A stretch of DNA of 63,836 nucleotides, filler included, from Choristocarpus tenellus KU-1152 (GCA_964200185.2; 10 parts of 10 records of this genome joined end to end with filler, not necessarily neighbours in it), one strand, 5' to 3'; positions 38,801 through 52,696 are shown, counted from the first letter of the whole stretch. Notes: generated from the letters alone by a model not told the origin. Numbers and translations: made by a program.

Positions 38801-39159
38801 AGCTTTCCTGCGAATGTTGGAAGGTTTGTAATCTTGGTTGTGTTGCTGGCAGACATCTTGAACACCATTACCACTTACTACCAGCCTTGTCGCTCAGCAC
38901 AACGTCAGCACAATGTCCCAGGAACAAGCTGTGTGTCTTGATAGAGGAAAATGAAATTGATGTAGATATACATTATTCATGATACAAGGGGCTTCTGGTC
39001 TCAATTCCGTTGACTGAACTGGTGGGATGTGAGACATGCCTAGACTATCATTACTATTCCTATAGTGTGGGGTTTGCAATCGTTCACACAAATTTACTAT
39101 AATTACTTATTTACTTGTCTGAAGTACAGCAAGTGTATCTTAAAAATGACACAGAAATC

Positions 39160-39268
39160 AATGGACACTATGAGTCAGCACATATGATATATATCACTGG
39201 CTCTCTATCCTATTATCCAATCCACTGGTGGTGTCTATAGTGTATCAACAGCACTATCTACGAACAAG
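39160..39268. repeat. Dispersed repeat, inverted homologue of 51458-51544
   Basis: CACTGGCTCTCTATCCT..TCCACTGGTGGTGTCTATAGTGT..CAGCACTATCTACGAACAA matches the reverse complement of 51458-51544. Confidence 0.75.
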
Positions 39269-40979
39269 GGGGGGAAAGTCAAGCCTGGGCGGGGTAGACA
39301 TCGTATGGAAGTTGATGGATGTGGAGCGTTTTGAAGGAATGCTGAATGTCTTGGATGAAGGTTGAGCGTTCTGGGAAGATTGGTCTTGGAGTGTATATAT
39401 GCGGTCTGGCAACATAGGTTTGGGAATCGATACATGGAAATTGGCCACACTACTTGCATGTAGGTGGGCATGAAGAAATTAGCGGCATAGAGAGCCAAAT
39501 CAAATGAGAGGTAGGCAGGGTTACAATTAAAAGATCTAACAAAGGGAAAAATTACGTTATTTTGTACAATTGCATAAAAAGACTGCTTAATTGTGGTGTC
39601 ACTTTGTAGAAAGGGGGAAGATCAATTTTAGGTTTACTACTGTGCACGTAAAGCGATTGAATTAAGTATATGGCACAGATAAGAAAGTCAGCTTAGAACA
39701 CTAAAGGTCCAAACTCGTCTGCCTCTCTCATTTTATTGGCTCTGGTGTGTGAGCGAATCCAACGGTAAAGGCACAAGGTTTAGGGTTTTGTGGAAAAGAA
39801 AGTTGGTACTGTGATATTGGAATGACAAGGAGAAGCAAGAATGAGCTTAAAGAGTGGGTAATTGAGTAGTCCAGAACTCATGAGTAAAACAAACGATGAT
39901 CTTTCTATTTCTGGGGCGGCTTTGCAAATAGAAAGCACTGGGAAAAAATAACAGAATAAGACACTCTGCCAACGAAGAGTCGAATCTTTCTTGTGATATC
40001 AAGAAAGCTCCCATCCCTTAACAAATTACATTAATTAATTGTATATCAAGTGCTGGAACCTGCAGTCCCTCATCCTTTCAATCCCCTTATCAGTCTCAAG
40101 TCTCAAAGGCCATATTACCATTACATGGTTCTCGACGTTTTCATTGAGGAGGCATCATTCCCAGCTACTTCCTTTAGAACATTCAAGTAGTTCAACACCT
40201 CAGTCACAAACAACAGGCAGGTGGACCAGCAATACGACTCTGCAGTCCCAAGCATTCCCTGTTATATATCACCAGTACTAACACTCTGCTGGGCTAAGAT
40301 GACCCATGAAGGAGTTGGGAAATCATAGTGTGCAATGGGTTTATGAGAGTTGAGGTGTAACATTACAACAATTCATTGTGCCGAGGGGGAAGTTTTTTTT
40401 GCGAGATATCCATTTCTAGTCTAGATCTGAATATGGGAGGCACAACCAAGGTCAAACAAGCCATGGTGCCTTTTCAGGAACAAGTCTTACATAAAACCTG
40501 TCTCAACTACCCTGCCACACCCCCTTGCCTTCGCTTCTATCATTCCCAAAAACTGTCACAGACACCTGATGCTCCCCAGTGTCTTTGACTTTACATCTAG
40601 CAACGACCACGTCCTCTGCCTGTTATGTTTCCTCGTGCATTCCAATGCATCTGTTGTGACATGTAGTGCTTTTTAGATGTTTCACTTTCCAAAGTCAACT
40701 GTAGTAATCATGGCTGCCGCAATCTCTGTCAAATCTCCTGTGATCAACCCTTCTGTGGGTGTGGTCGCCGCAGCCACCACTCCCTCCTTCACTGAAGGTC
40801 CATCTGCCCCAATTATGACCAGAAGACTTCCTTGCAGAAGCTGTACACCGCGCATCGACCACTCCAGATAAGGATGGAAAGCTCGGACTCCATTCCCTAC
40901 CACTGAACATCCGTGGTAGTCTGCCACTATGACTGGTTAGTTGCCACAAGAGTGTCACTTGACGAATGTACTATGTAGT

Positions 40980-41240
40980 GAGGTAAAGTATCTTAGAGGG
41001 TAGGGCTGCGTCCCTTCGGCGACCAAAATCCAATGTTGAAAGTTTGGTGTAAATTTGGCTATCATGTTAGTTGGGAAGTGTCAATATCCTTGTTCCAGAC
41101 ACACCTTCTTATAACATACACATATTACGTACTCCAAAACATTTTGGAGTAGGTAAAATGTCATAAGAAACCCGTGGGAATCCAAGCCCCAAATGGACAC
41201 AAACAGGGCAAAACTCCTGCCCTCTAAAATACTTTCACTC
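40980..41240 (-). mobile_element. MITE family 1 copy F with 3-bp TSD AGT
   Basis: AGT|GAGGTAAAGTATCTTAGAGGGTA...TACTTTCACTC|AGT. Confidence 0.9.
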
Positions 41241-42274
41241 AGTATTATCTAAGAGTGTGCTCCAGCATCGATGTCTGATCTCCCATACTAGACTTCACTC
41301 CCACAGCATAGTGACAGGTCAGCTTCATAGCACACATTAACATTGGCCAGAATTCTTGGAGGACATTGCCTACTTTGAAGTATTACCTACTGCTACTAGA
41401 TCAAAACCCAGCAAGGACCTAAAATCGTGAAGGCAATTCCAATTCTGTTGCAATAAAGCACGACGATAATATGAACAGCTTAGTACACCTACTCCAAGGG
41501 ATGGATATGCTCGAAGTTTGTGAGTATAAATGTCTAAATCGGCCTGGCAATTCTTCTCTATGCTCAATACTACTTGTAGCAAGACATTGCAAATATCACT
41601 TCATTGGTATTCTATATTTGAAAGATATTGTACTACTGGATTTCACCTTCAAACTTCTTGGAACAATTATATCTTGAAAAAGAGGACATTTTGCTAGCAT
41701 GCACGATGAACTACCCAGGTACTTCGACATAAAGAAGATTGCAAACTCTTCACTTGAAGGTGACTCACGCACCCATGACTCACTACATAGAGAAGATGGA
41801 CATAAAAAAATGGTGTGAATTCCTTGTCCTTTCCAACTACACCTCATCTAATCCTCACCTCCCTCCTCGCTAACAACTTCAACCTTGATGAACGTAGAGT
41901 GATATGAAAGTTGCTCTTGGAGTACACACTTCAAATTATGCTGCTACTCTCCCGATTATTCCCTGCACTTCACCCTGTACAAATTTCATCTATATAAATA
42001 CACAGTCTTGGTTGCCAATACTTCGAGGAAGAGTGATACTACTGTTGTACTGTTGCCCCTTTTGATGTACTATATAGAACGAATAACATTCATACTAAAC
42101 ATACATTGTAACTTGATACAACAGAAAGAAAATTACATGCAGTAGATGCGGTTGAGGGTGGATTGCACGATTTGCACTATAATAGAACAAGGCTTGATAT
42201 TTTAGATAGCTGTTCCATGTACAGAACTGCCGAACGGAATATGCCCCCAAAAAGGCGCATGCTATTGCCTTGGT

Positions 42275-42362
42275 GACCCAAAGTATCTGGGGGGGGGGGG
42301 AGGCACCAGACACCAGTCACCAGGGTGTCCATTTGGGCCATGACCAGGAAAAGTGCATTTAC
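42275..42362 (+). mobile_element. MITE family 2 copy (truncated by gap)
   Basis: GACCCAAAGTATCT-polyG..CAGGGTGTCCATTTGGGCCATGACCAGGA. Confidence 0.8.
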
Positions 42363-42498
42363 NNNNNNNNNNNNNNNNNNNNNNNNNNNNNNNNNNNNNN
42401 NNNNNNTTAATTAATTAANNNNNNNNNNNNNNNNNNNNNNNNNNNNNNNNNNNNNNNNNNNNGTGTAGTGCCTCATGGTCTCAGATCTGCACACAATT

Positions 42499-42681
42499 GG
42501 TTCAAAGTATCTGTGGGGAGGGGGGGGGGGGGTCTACACCAGGGTGTCCATTCGGGCCCTGACCAGGAGAATTGCACTACATCATCCATCCGATGCATGC
42601 AACCAAATCACCCAAAAATCGCGACATGAAAAATTGGGCCCCGAATGGACAGCTGCCACTCCCCCCCAGATACTTTGAGTC
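42499..42681 (+). mobile_element. MITE family 2 full copy (~180 bp), TSD ATT
   Basis: ATT|GGTTCAAAGTATCTG...CCCCAGATACTTTGAGTC|ATT. Confidence 0.9.
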
Positions 42682-43150
42682 ATTCAAAGTCGTTCATGAG
42701 ATAGAAGTGTCCCCACACAGGGGGGTCACAATTGGGATTCTGAGGACTTTGTAACAGGCTGGATCATGGGTAAGCGCTAAGGAACGTGTGCAAGGACCTG
42801 AATCAGCAAAGAAGGAGTACGGCTGAGTAGTTAGCCGTGGGTGAACCTGCCAAATGTGCCCATACAAAGAAGTTGAAGTTGAAAGACAGCTGACGAGAAT
42901 GAAGAGAGAAAGCTGAGGGAGGAGAACCTTATTGCTCCCTTTGAGCGTTAGGGATTGGGGATGATGAAGAGTAGGAGGAGGACGGCAGCTTGTGAAAGAT
43001 TTGAAGAAAAAAAAGAAATATAAAGACATATTATTTAGAGTCTGCCATGAGCAGAATGCGCAAAGCATCTGGCCTTTCTTTGTTTTTCATGCTTTGTATG
43101 CCAAATACTCAAAATACTCAACTGGTACACCTACAGTGAATGCTATATTT

Positions 43151-43331
43151 CGCTCAAAGCGTCAGTGGGAGGGTGGCGGCTATCCATTTTGGGCCCATTT
43201 TACCATGTCGCGATTTTGGGTGAATTCGCTTGCATTTGTCAGATGGATAATGTAAGTGCACTTCTCCTGGTCAGGGACCGAATGGACACCCTGATGTAGA
43301 CCCCCCCCCCCCTCAATAGATTTTTTGAGAT
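43151..43331 (-). mobile_element. MITE family 2 diverged copy, reverse orientation
   Basis: Reverse complement of the family core (GTAAGTGCACTTCTCCTGGTCAGGG..GGACACCCTG..TAGAC-polyC). Confidence 0.8.
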
Positions 43332-44021
43332 ATTTCTAATATCCGGTATCACTCCCAACATCACTACCTATCCCCATACAAGTCTCCTAAAACATTCTCT
43401 GGCAGTATATGCTTCTCCACATAAAACCTTCAATATTATTGCTTTCTCCAACAATGTGCAATTTCAACCCCATTCCAACAATCTCAAAACACCTGCAATA
43501 GCTTTATGCAATGTACTACACGTTGAAATCCGATTTTTGACTCATACCACCAGACACCCCCTGCCCCCAGATTTCAACTGACAGTATATGATATCTGATC
43601 TGAGGAAGAACGCCAAACGTTATTACCATATGACTCCCTTTTATTTCCTTCCTAAACATTAATTTTAAGCACAATGCATCGAAGGAGGAAGGTGTGCTAC
43701 ACAAGACGTGGAGAACGGAAATGAAACAAAATGTCCACACAGCTGTTGTGTGCTGGTGCAGACCCTGCTGAGTGCATCGCAACCTCTTCAAGCTTTGGTC
43801 CATGGATGAGCACGTACTAACTTAGGCTGATGAAAAGATATGCTTGCAGCACTGAAGGGAACACTTGTGTTGCGTCATTACACCACTTTGGTTGGGAAAG
43901 AAAATGGAGTGTGCGACTATCATTTCTGTGATAGATTCGAGTGTCTACGATATAAGGGGGTGGTAAACAGGCTCACTTGCGGCTCTTACTTTCTGTAGGA
44001 ACTGCCCCGGCAATGCTGTAC

Positions 44022-44704
44022 CTTTTGCAAGTAGCTGCCAATATCTGTTGTCTCCTCCTTTGTCGGGGAGTCACTCCCCACATCCCCTTTTCCCTCAACC
44101 TTGGCGAACATCATGGTGGGGGTATCCATGTCGTTCTGACCAGCGGCCAACATTGCGACACCCTTTGAGCTCAATTTTTCTATCGATCTGGTTCACACAC
44201 GTCCATGAGTTTCGGTCAAAACTACAAAAAACAGGTGCAGCGTAGGAGTGATCCTAGCTCTGATTTAAGGTGGGCAGGTTAGCAGCGTTACAACTATATT
44301 GAGATGAGTAGATGCTCGAGATCAGTTTGTGAAAATGCCTCTAGCATCTTTGACATGCGAATTGTCGCTTGTACTCTTTCCCATTAAGTTTGGTCGACAT
44401 CAACGCTCCGCATACGAACCTCACAATTTGTGAACAGACCAGTGACCCACCTAGGATCGAATCTCGTATTTTGGACCATTTGCTTCTTTCTCTCCAAGTG
44501 GTCAAACATGACCTGTTCTTCAGTCTTGAGCTCCTCTTCCTCGTCCCCCAGTTCCCAATCCTTGTCCAGCTTGTCAAAATCTAGCTTAGACCAGTCTCTT
44601 TTCATTCCCATATCCCCTGCCCAACAAGGCCACCATGATAGAGCAAGCAAGCAAAGAACAAGGAACCAGAAAGCTGTACCAGAATCACCACCCAACGTCA
44701 TCAT
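44022..44704 (-). CDS. MESD/Boca-like ER chaperone, exons 44704-44451 and 44187-44022; 3' exons not located
   Basis: Signal peptide, then KRDWSKLDFDKLDKDWELGDEEEEL and PTMMFAKV...SPTKEETTDIGSYLQ, paralleling the MESD pattern (LLEQWE.DD; TLMMFVTV.G.PTEKETEEITSLWQ); GT-AG junction in phase. Confidence 0.75.
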
Positions 44705-46679
44705 CACCGAGTTACGCACCGTTCAAGTATCTGATTTGAGCAACACTTTTTTAGATACTTTTATCGTAGGTTGAGAGATGAAATGATCAAAAAGACCATG
44801 TAAATGTTTGTTCTCAAGAAATAAAAATATAAAAAAGGTTGACCCTTACCACCACCAAGGGACCTTGATTGTATTATATATATTCATATACCATCTGACA
44901 GTTTTAGATATGTCAAGGAAAAAGCCCAACCTATATCACAACAAAGCCAATAAAATAGTAGTTGATATAAAAGATACCTCTCAATTTTTTTTTCACCATT
45001 TGACTACTTGCTATACAACCTCCCTTCAAGGTTGTAAATTACAGTGTAATGTGTATACTGCTGCTATGCCTTCCAACCTATAGCTTAGACCTACAAAGAA
45101 AGGTGGGTCAGGAGTTACAGGGAAGCATCCCTAAAATTGGACAGGCCCCTCCTTGCCCATTTACCTGGTGTCTCTAGCTAGAAACACATGACACGTCCGG
45201 AGAGAGTCGTTATTTGTGTTGGGACGGACACTATCTGTCACAAACGAGATTTGACATGATAATAATACATCGTCGCAATAGACGGTGGTTGGTGATGAAT
45301 AAATTAAAAATGGTGATGGTACAAATAATGAAGTACTACTGCTTACCATTAATGCTACTACTACTACTACTACTACCACTACTGCATATATTAATATGGA
45401 GATAGAACTGACATTATGGGCAATCCACCGCATGCCCCAAGTGCATTCACATGCATTATTCACCGGCAAGAAGTCAACAACAATGTAGAGAACCTACTTA
45501 TAGCGTATCTGGGATGGGGAGAGAAATCGATGACGGGCACCCCCTTTTCGAGAAAAATAATAAATGATAGGGCCTCGACTGAAGGCTCAATGGATATATA
45601 TGCCTGCTAACGCCAGCTAAGACTCAGTCCACTACTGATAGCTAGATGGCTCTATCAATTAACATGGTAGTAGCATCGCGCCATCATATTGAAATCAGCT
45701 GGCTGGTGATTGCTCGATTTCTAGATGGGGGCAGAANNNNNNNNNNNNNNNNNNNNNNNNNNNNNNNNNNNNNNNNNNNNTTAATTAATTAANNNNNNNN
45801 NNNNNNNNNNNNNNNNNNNNNNNNNNNNNNNNNNNNTTTATTATTTCTTTTTTTTTATAAGATAAAAAAAAAAAAAAAAAAACTCTCCTCTTTTTCCTGG
45901 TCTCGTTCGTACAAGATTCGCAATTCATTCCATTTTTTTTCTTTTGTTGCATATATATATATATATATTTTATTTATTTTTTTGTTCCTCTTCATCGTTG
46001 GCTCTTTCTTTCTTCTAAGGGGAAAACTGACGTTACGATACAAATCAACCGACGCAGGCATATGGGAAAAAAATAAAATAGAGTGTAGAAAACACACACA
46101 TACACACATTACACACATACACAAACATACACACATACACAAACACACACACATACACAAACAAACATACACACATACACACATACAACCTAAATCAACC
46201 GTATCAGAATGACTCGGGCGGATGAGGAAGTCTCATTTTTATTTTGTTTTTTCTGCAGCTCACTTCCGCTGCACCCCCCCCACCACCACCCCAAGCCCCT
46301 CGACCTATCCAAAATAACATGAAAAAAACAATTAACACGCACACACCGGGACATGAACTCTAAGTCACCAAGACATGCCAGTACACAGAATCAACCGCCG
46401 ACGCCCTCCTATTCATGATCTCGGCATAGAATACACAATAATATATACATAGAGAGAGTACATAATACATAAAATACATCATACATAACGTATGTATGAG
46501 ATTAGTGTCGTAAAAAATCTAATTCCTCTTCTCTCCAAGAATCGACTCTTCCGAGAACGCAAAACGCCTCTCACGTGTGTACCGTGAAACCCTTAGCCTC
46601 AAACTAAAAAATATAGAGAGAGAGATACGCCTGCCTGCTGAACACCATACCTCCGGCACCGACTTAATCATTGCGAAGC

Positions 46680-46865
46680 GGGCTCACACCAGTACTGGCT
46701 CTAACAGGCTCTAACCGCGCTCTTCTGTGCATCGGTACCGGCTCTCATTATCGTGCGTCCAGTCACGGGTCTCTCAGCGTATCGTGCATTCACATGATCT
46801 TGGGCTCACACCAGTACTGGCTCTAACCAGCTCTAACCGGCTCTTCTGTGCATTCACATGATCTT
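46680..46865. repeat. Direct repeat, ~52 bp x 2
   Basis: GGGCTCACACCAGTACTGGCTCTAAC..GCTCTAACC..CTCTTCTGTGCAT at 46680 and 46802. Confidence 0.8.
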
Positions 46866-47140
46866 TACCGTTGTCTTCAACACTAATCACCAAAAAAAGA
46901 AAAATTCCTCTCAGTTGCAAACGAAAGATGGTGTTATCTGATGTTCCCCCTTGTCTGTCAAAAAAACAAACGAGTTCCATGCCACGCGCGGTCGAGGTCA
47001 AATACTCCCCCGGAGGCGCCTGAGTACTAAGAAAAAGAAAGATAAATATATATGATATGAAAACGTCACACAGAGTTCACGACGACGTGGAATCAATTAT
47101 AGAGATACCTCCCAAAATATAATTCAACACCAGTAGTATG

Positions 47141-47510
47141 ATGGTGTAAATCAGTAGTATTGAAAGGAACGCATATATACATATATACATACATACATAA
47201 ATACATACATAAATACATGCATATGTATACATACATATATACATACATATATAAATACATACATAAATACATACATATGTATACATACATACATACATAC
47301 ATACATAAACAACATACATATATACATACAATGGTGTAAGTCAGTAGTATTGAAAGGAACGCATATATACATATATACATAACATACATACATAACATAA
47401 ATATATATACATACATAACATACATATATACATACATAACATACATGACATACATATATATATACATACATAACATAAATATATACATACATATATACAT
47501 AAATACACAC
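47141..47510. repeat. TACA/ATAC low-complexity satellite with duplicated ~50-bp unique head (47141 and 47331)
   Basis: ATGGTGTAA.TCAGTAGTATTGAAAGGAACGCATATATAC occurs twice, each followed by ACAT-type microsatellite. Confidence 0.85.
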
Positions 47511-48925
47511 ATTGTCAAATACTTAGATGCCACTACAGTTTGACCACGTCAGAGATAGTCGAATAAACGCCTGCCTCATTGGAACAGTGGTATCTCAACA
47601 GTTGACACACACACACACGCCAATTTTTTTCTTTTTCTCATGGTCCACCTCTCATCTATCTATATTGACATTTTAGGGTACAATATTCGTACAAATAATA
47701 ATAGCACATACATACATACACACATACATACATACCTACTTACATACCTACTTACATACACACTTACATTCATACCTACTAACAAACTTACATACTTCCA
47801 TATTGTTGTAGGAACTACACACACTTTACACTTCACATTTTGATAGTTTCAATTTGATAGTCCTCTAATACCTTCACTTCATCAAAAATGTTAACACAAT
47901 AACGTACACCATCATAACAAATAAAATAATAATAATAATAATAATAATAACCATATAGTAATAACCATATCTCATTGCACACTAGTATCATTAAACACAC
48001 ATATATATACTTGTGTTATGTACACGTACAAATAATTCTTGATATTATTTTGTTCACCGAATCCTCAATACAGGAAACCCAATACAGCATGCAAACTGCC
48101 GATGATATGCAGCCAGCCCAATGATGCCCACCAAGGCGCAACAACACAAAGGTGAGGCCTCCTCAATAGACCCCGTTGCTCATACTCTTAACTATATTTC
48201 TTGGGGCACTTCCCTTCGAAAAGTGCATGAGATTGATTCTTCACAAACAACAATACAATCATCGGTAGAGTAGTCCAACAAGATGCACCACATACTACAC
48301 TGCTCACACGTCACAGTCACTGCATGGAGATTGGACCACCACCACCGGGCGGTAAGTCCGAGGGTCATCATCCAGGAAAGTGTCGAGAATGTTTACAATC
48401 ACCACGTGCGTTCGAGCACGCCTTAGAGTCTTGATGAAAAAAATAAAATTATTTATTTACCCGATTCAAAAGAGCGCGCGCGGGGGGGGGGGGGGGGGAA
48501 AAATCTCCCCACAAACCTCCTTTTAAAAAAATAATTTATTTTAAAAAACCCCCTGGTGGGGGGGGCCACAANNNNNNNNNNNNNNNNNNNNNNNNNNNNN
48601 NNNNNNNNNNNNNNNTTAATTAATTAANNNNNNNNNNNNNNNNNNNNNNNNNNNNNNNNNNNNNNNNNNNNGTATAAAAATAAATTGCTCCCTCACAGAC
48701 CACCACGCTCCCTCACAGACCACCCCCCACCCCCCCAGATACTTTGACCCTGAAGCTCCATTGAGAGTCAAAGTAAACGAGAGGATCATATCTCACATAG
48801 TATATGTTCCAACTATTGATACCACAAGTATAGTATACCCTATACTGATAATAATACATGAGAGTGAAAAACGGAACTTACCTTCACAGACATTGATATC
48901 GAAAGAGATTGATATCGCAAAGAAG

Positions 48926-48996
48926 TGCGCCAGCCGGGAATCGAACCCAGGCCACGTGAATGGCAATCACATATTCTACCACTGAACTACTGGCGC
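48926..48996 (-). tRNA. trnG-GCC: tRNA-Gly (GCC)
   Basis: Minus strand GCGCCAGTAGTTCAGTGGTAGAATATGTGATTGCCATTCACGTGGCCTGGGTTCGATTCCCGGCTGGCGCA: 71 nt, 7-bp acceptor stem, D loop TGGTA, anticodon GCC, T loop GTTCGATTC, no encoded CCA. Confidence 0.95.
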
Positions 48997-49975
48997 TACT
49001 TAAATTGCTAAAGGTTTTAGCCAATACTCTTGGTTCAAATATTTTCACAAATATTTTCCACAACTTGTACAAATATCAAACACCAACCACCAACCAAAAA
49101 TCGACCAGTAGAGGTCCCCAACATGGTTTTGTTCTTTTATTAACATGAGTACAAATCACTGACTTTAGTCGGTTTTTCTCGTAAAGATGGTAACATTGTT
49201 CACTATTGTAACATAGCCCCCCTCCTTCCCTTTTACCTGTTGCAGTCCAACTGTTTTTGTCGAAGGTCATTGAATGGACAATCAACCCAGAATGCGATTT
49301 GCTGAACAATCATATTCTGCACATCTAGGCGCTGACCTGTGATGCTGTCACTGCTAATTGTAATACCTCCTTGTTAGCCATTTTGAAGGTCATATTATGC
49401 AGCACCGACCCGATAGATAACTACTACTACACACACAGGTCTACGGTTTTGGTTCAGTCGTTAATTTTTGGGCTGGCAGGCACAGAGGCCCCCCATGGCA
49501 CTCACACTTCTCCTTTCCTCCTGGTGCTGCTGGAGCATTGTGACTGCTTGTTGTCAGATGTTTTCCTTCTCATTTTTCCTCAGCACATTCCCCACCAATT
49601 TACCCAGGCACCCTCCCCCCTTCCCCCTGTTCCTTTCCTCCTGGGGCCTCTGGCGCAGTGGGTGCTGATTGGCGGAGCTTCCTCTCTTTTTTTCCCCGTG
49701 GTACAGGCCCACCCTGTTACCCTTGCCCAGCATTGCAGTCAGCACTACCCCATCTCTAGCTATAAAATGTCGGCAGTAGTCCATTGTGGTTGGTGTTGCA
49801 AGTAAAACACAACCAGAAGAGTATTTCGCTGAATTATCGCTGAGCAGGTTCTTACAACGTGCTTGAGAGTGCATGCATTTTGTGAACGAGTGGAATGGTG
49901 TTGACAAAGCGTAAAGGAGTGATTGTAACATGAGGCGGAGGGATCAAATCCACAAGAAGAGGGAGTCAAAGTAAA

Positions 49976-50152
49976 GGCTCAAAGTATCTGGGGTGGGGGG
50001 GGCTACACTAGGGTGTCCACGCTGGCCCTGACCAGGAGAAGTGCACTTACAATTACTCATCCGAAACATGCAACCAAACCACCCAAAAACCGCGACATGG
50101 AAAATTGACCCCTGAATGAACAGTTGCTACCCTCCCCCGGATACTTTGAGCC
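49976..50152 (+). mobile_element. MITE family 2 full copy, TSD AAA
   Basis: AAA|GGCTCAAAGTATC...GATACTTTGAGCC|AAA, perfect 13-bp TIR. Confidence 0.9.
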
Positions 50153-50479
50153 AAATGAGAGGTACCCAGAGTTGCATTTCATGGATACATACAAATATGC
50201 AAAAAAAATTAGGCCTCTTTGCAAATATGCATAGGATATTTCGTGAATCCTGATGAAGAAAAAATATCAAACCATAGATGAATCAACGCTACCGAGTCAA
50301 ACTTAGCACTTCATCTATAGAAATATGGGTCAACTGCAAAAGATTGCAAACTTAACTTCAAATGCAAAACGGCCAAAAACCTGGGTACCTCTCGTTTACT
50401 TTGGCTCAGGATGTTGTGAGAAATAGGTATCCTTGCCACGTACATGTTTGTGCAAGGAACAAGCACATAGTAGCACAAA

Positions 50480-50740
50480 TAGTAAAATAATCTTAGACGG
50501 TATGAGTTTTGACCTGTTTGTCCATTTGGGGCTTGGCTTCCCATGTTTTTTTTTATGACGTTTTCCTACTCCAAAAAAGGTTAAGGAATAGGTAAAGTGT
50601 ATACGTTATGAAAAGGTGTGTCCGGGACATGTATATTGACACTTCTTAACGAACACGATAGCCAATATCACAAAAAAAATGCAACATTGGATTTGGTCCC
50701 CCAAGTGGACGCGGCTCTACCCTCTAAGATAATTTGGCTC
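50480..50740 (+). mobile_element. MITE family 1 copy G, probable TSD AAA
   Basis: Degenerate left TIR TAGTAAAATAATCTTAGACGGTA; right TACCCTCTAAGATAATTTGGCTC|AAA. Confidence 0.85.
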
Positions 50741-50949
50741 AAATGAAGCGCAGACCACACTCCCTCCTCCGTCCATCTTGTTGTGCTGATTAGATCGTGG
50801 ATCCTCACCTCCCATTACCCACGTTTTCCACCCATCAAAAGGGCCTATGATGGCACACCTTTATGCGCGCACATAGACTTCTTGAATTAAATAAGCTAAA
50901 CCCTCATGATATCAGTTTCGAGCTGTAGAGGGTAGGCAGCAAAAAAAAA

Positions 50950-51180
50950 GGTTTTGTCTGAATGAATACCCTACGAATCCACTTTCTTGGCACTTTAAGG
51001 GAGTCTCGTCATACTGGGAACAATGTGTGCGAACAGAGAGGCAAACGGTGTGAGACTCCTAATAAAGATCGGTTGGGCACCAGGGTACAGAGTGCGAACC
51101 AATCCAGATATCCCCGAGAAATACTCACCTGCCCCGTGTTTGGCACCAGGTGCAAGGGAAAGGCAGGCGACCCTACGCAT
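50950..51180 (-). pseudogene. Possible hAT-type transposase relic
   Basis: HGAGEYFSGISGLVRTLYPGAQPIF followed, after a frameshift, by SHRLPL; loosely resembles the hAT DGA..M.G...G.....P.A..I.C.AH.L.L segment. Confidence 0.3.
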
Positions 51181-51779
51181 TGCCTCTAGGTACCATTCAT
51201 TACGTTGCGGAGGGAATAAATTGCGCAGCTTGCCATCTCACAAATGGAAAACATGAATACAACCGCAGGTACCCACCTCACCCACGACGATTTCATTTGA
51301 GGGTCACTATAATCACACTTCTGTAACGCACGCACATAAAACGCAACTGTGCTCTATCCTACCTCCAAAAAGCAATCCCTTTTGAACACTTTTATACGCT
51401 CTGCCCCGGCTTGCAATACAACATGGATAGACCATTGTTTTTTTTAGCAGTCGCTATTGTTCGTAGATAGCGCTGCTGAAACACTATAGACACCACTGGT
51501 GGATTATGTATTAGGGTAGAGAGCCAGTGACAGATATATTATATNNNNNNNNNNNNNNNNNNNNNNNNNNNNNNNNNNNNNNNNNNNNTTAATTAATTAA
51601 NNNNNNNNNNNNNNNNNNNNNNNNNNNNNNNNNNNNNNNNNNNNCCCCCAGATACTTTAGGTCTCAGATCCCCCTCTCCCCTGGTCCCTTGGCTTGCCCA
51701 TCTGTGTGAATCAGTGTAAGGGTCACTGTAGAGGGCATCATGCAGACCAACATCCCCTATCCAATCAGTGTTGCCCTCC

Positions 51780-52696
51780 AACTCTCCAAGGCCACCAGAT
51801 GAATGAAGTGTGTTTTGCAATATGCAGCAAGTAAAGATTATGCTATCTTTTTCCTTTCAGAATATAGTAGTGGCAGCTTGAGGATTCTGATGCGGCCCTT
51901 GACTTTGCCAAAAAAGCACTCGACATCCTTGTGTACACTCTCCACTCGTTCGCTCCACCTTGCCTGTGCCTGTGTGACAGATGCCTTCAAGGGGCATATT
52001 GTGCACCTCCACTGCAAATGCAAAGATCGGGTTGGGCAAAGGACTGTTGACTTGCTAGTTTCATGAGCACTCATTTCTACAGGAGCTAACCCTAACATAG
52101 GCATGGCCGTACAGTCACGTTTTCCTGTCACCTTGTGGTAGCCCCCATAGACAAGTACATAGGCCCCTTTCTTGGTGTAACAGTTCTCGACGGAGTCCTT
52201 GATGTTGTACTGCAGCTGTCTATATGTGGGGTCATTCCTAAGTTTCTGGATAGCAACATCATATTGAATGATTGTCTTGTCGTTTTTGGCTTCAGGAAAC
52301 CCAGCAGTCACTCCCCGAGCAAATCCAGTATGGTTAACGGTCACTTCATAGGCGACCGCCTGGTAACCCTCCTTACCGATGTAATACAGGGCATCACTAA
52401 TGGGTGTCCCCTCCCACCACACCTGTGTCACATCAGTGGAACCCACAGCAACCAAGCCACCCCTGCCTTTATACCTCCCTCACTAAATCTTCAAAGAAAA
52501 CAAATGGGACTCGGAACCGCCTCCTGAGCTTCAGCACCTCCCGCGAAGTGACCCCTCTCAGAACTTCCTCTCTTCCCAGCATAACTCCCAACAAACTCGC
52601 CATGTAAACGGGCCGATCGTGAGGGATGCAAAACCTGTGAAATAATGGACGTTCTTCTTCCTCATCCTCCTCGTCCATCAAAGCGTAGATGAGCAA
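51780..52696 (-). pseudogene. Inactivated PIF/Harbinger-type DDE transposase with a 120-bp GT-AG intron (52131-52012)
   Basis: LRRRFRVPFVFFEDLV; GSTDVT; GKEGYQAVAYEV; NDKTIIQYD; GAYVLVYGGYHK|WRC (second catalytic D replaced by Y); WSERVESVHKDVECFFGKVKGRIRILK; frameshifts and an apparent internal deletion. Confidence 0.85.

Noticed and set aside
45855-46212. MCVCV / HTHI repeat ORFs
   Set aside because: CA-type microsatellite translations.
47077-47533. ORFs rich in M/Y/V/C/I
   Set aside because: Translations of an ACAT microsatellite.
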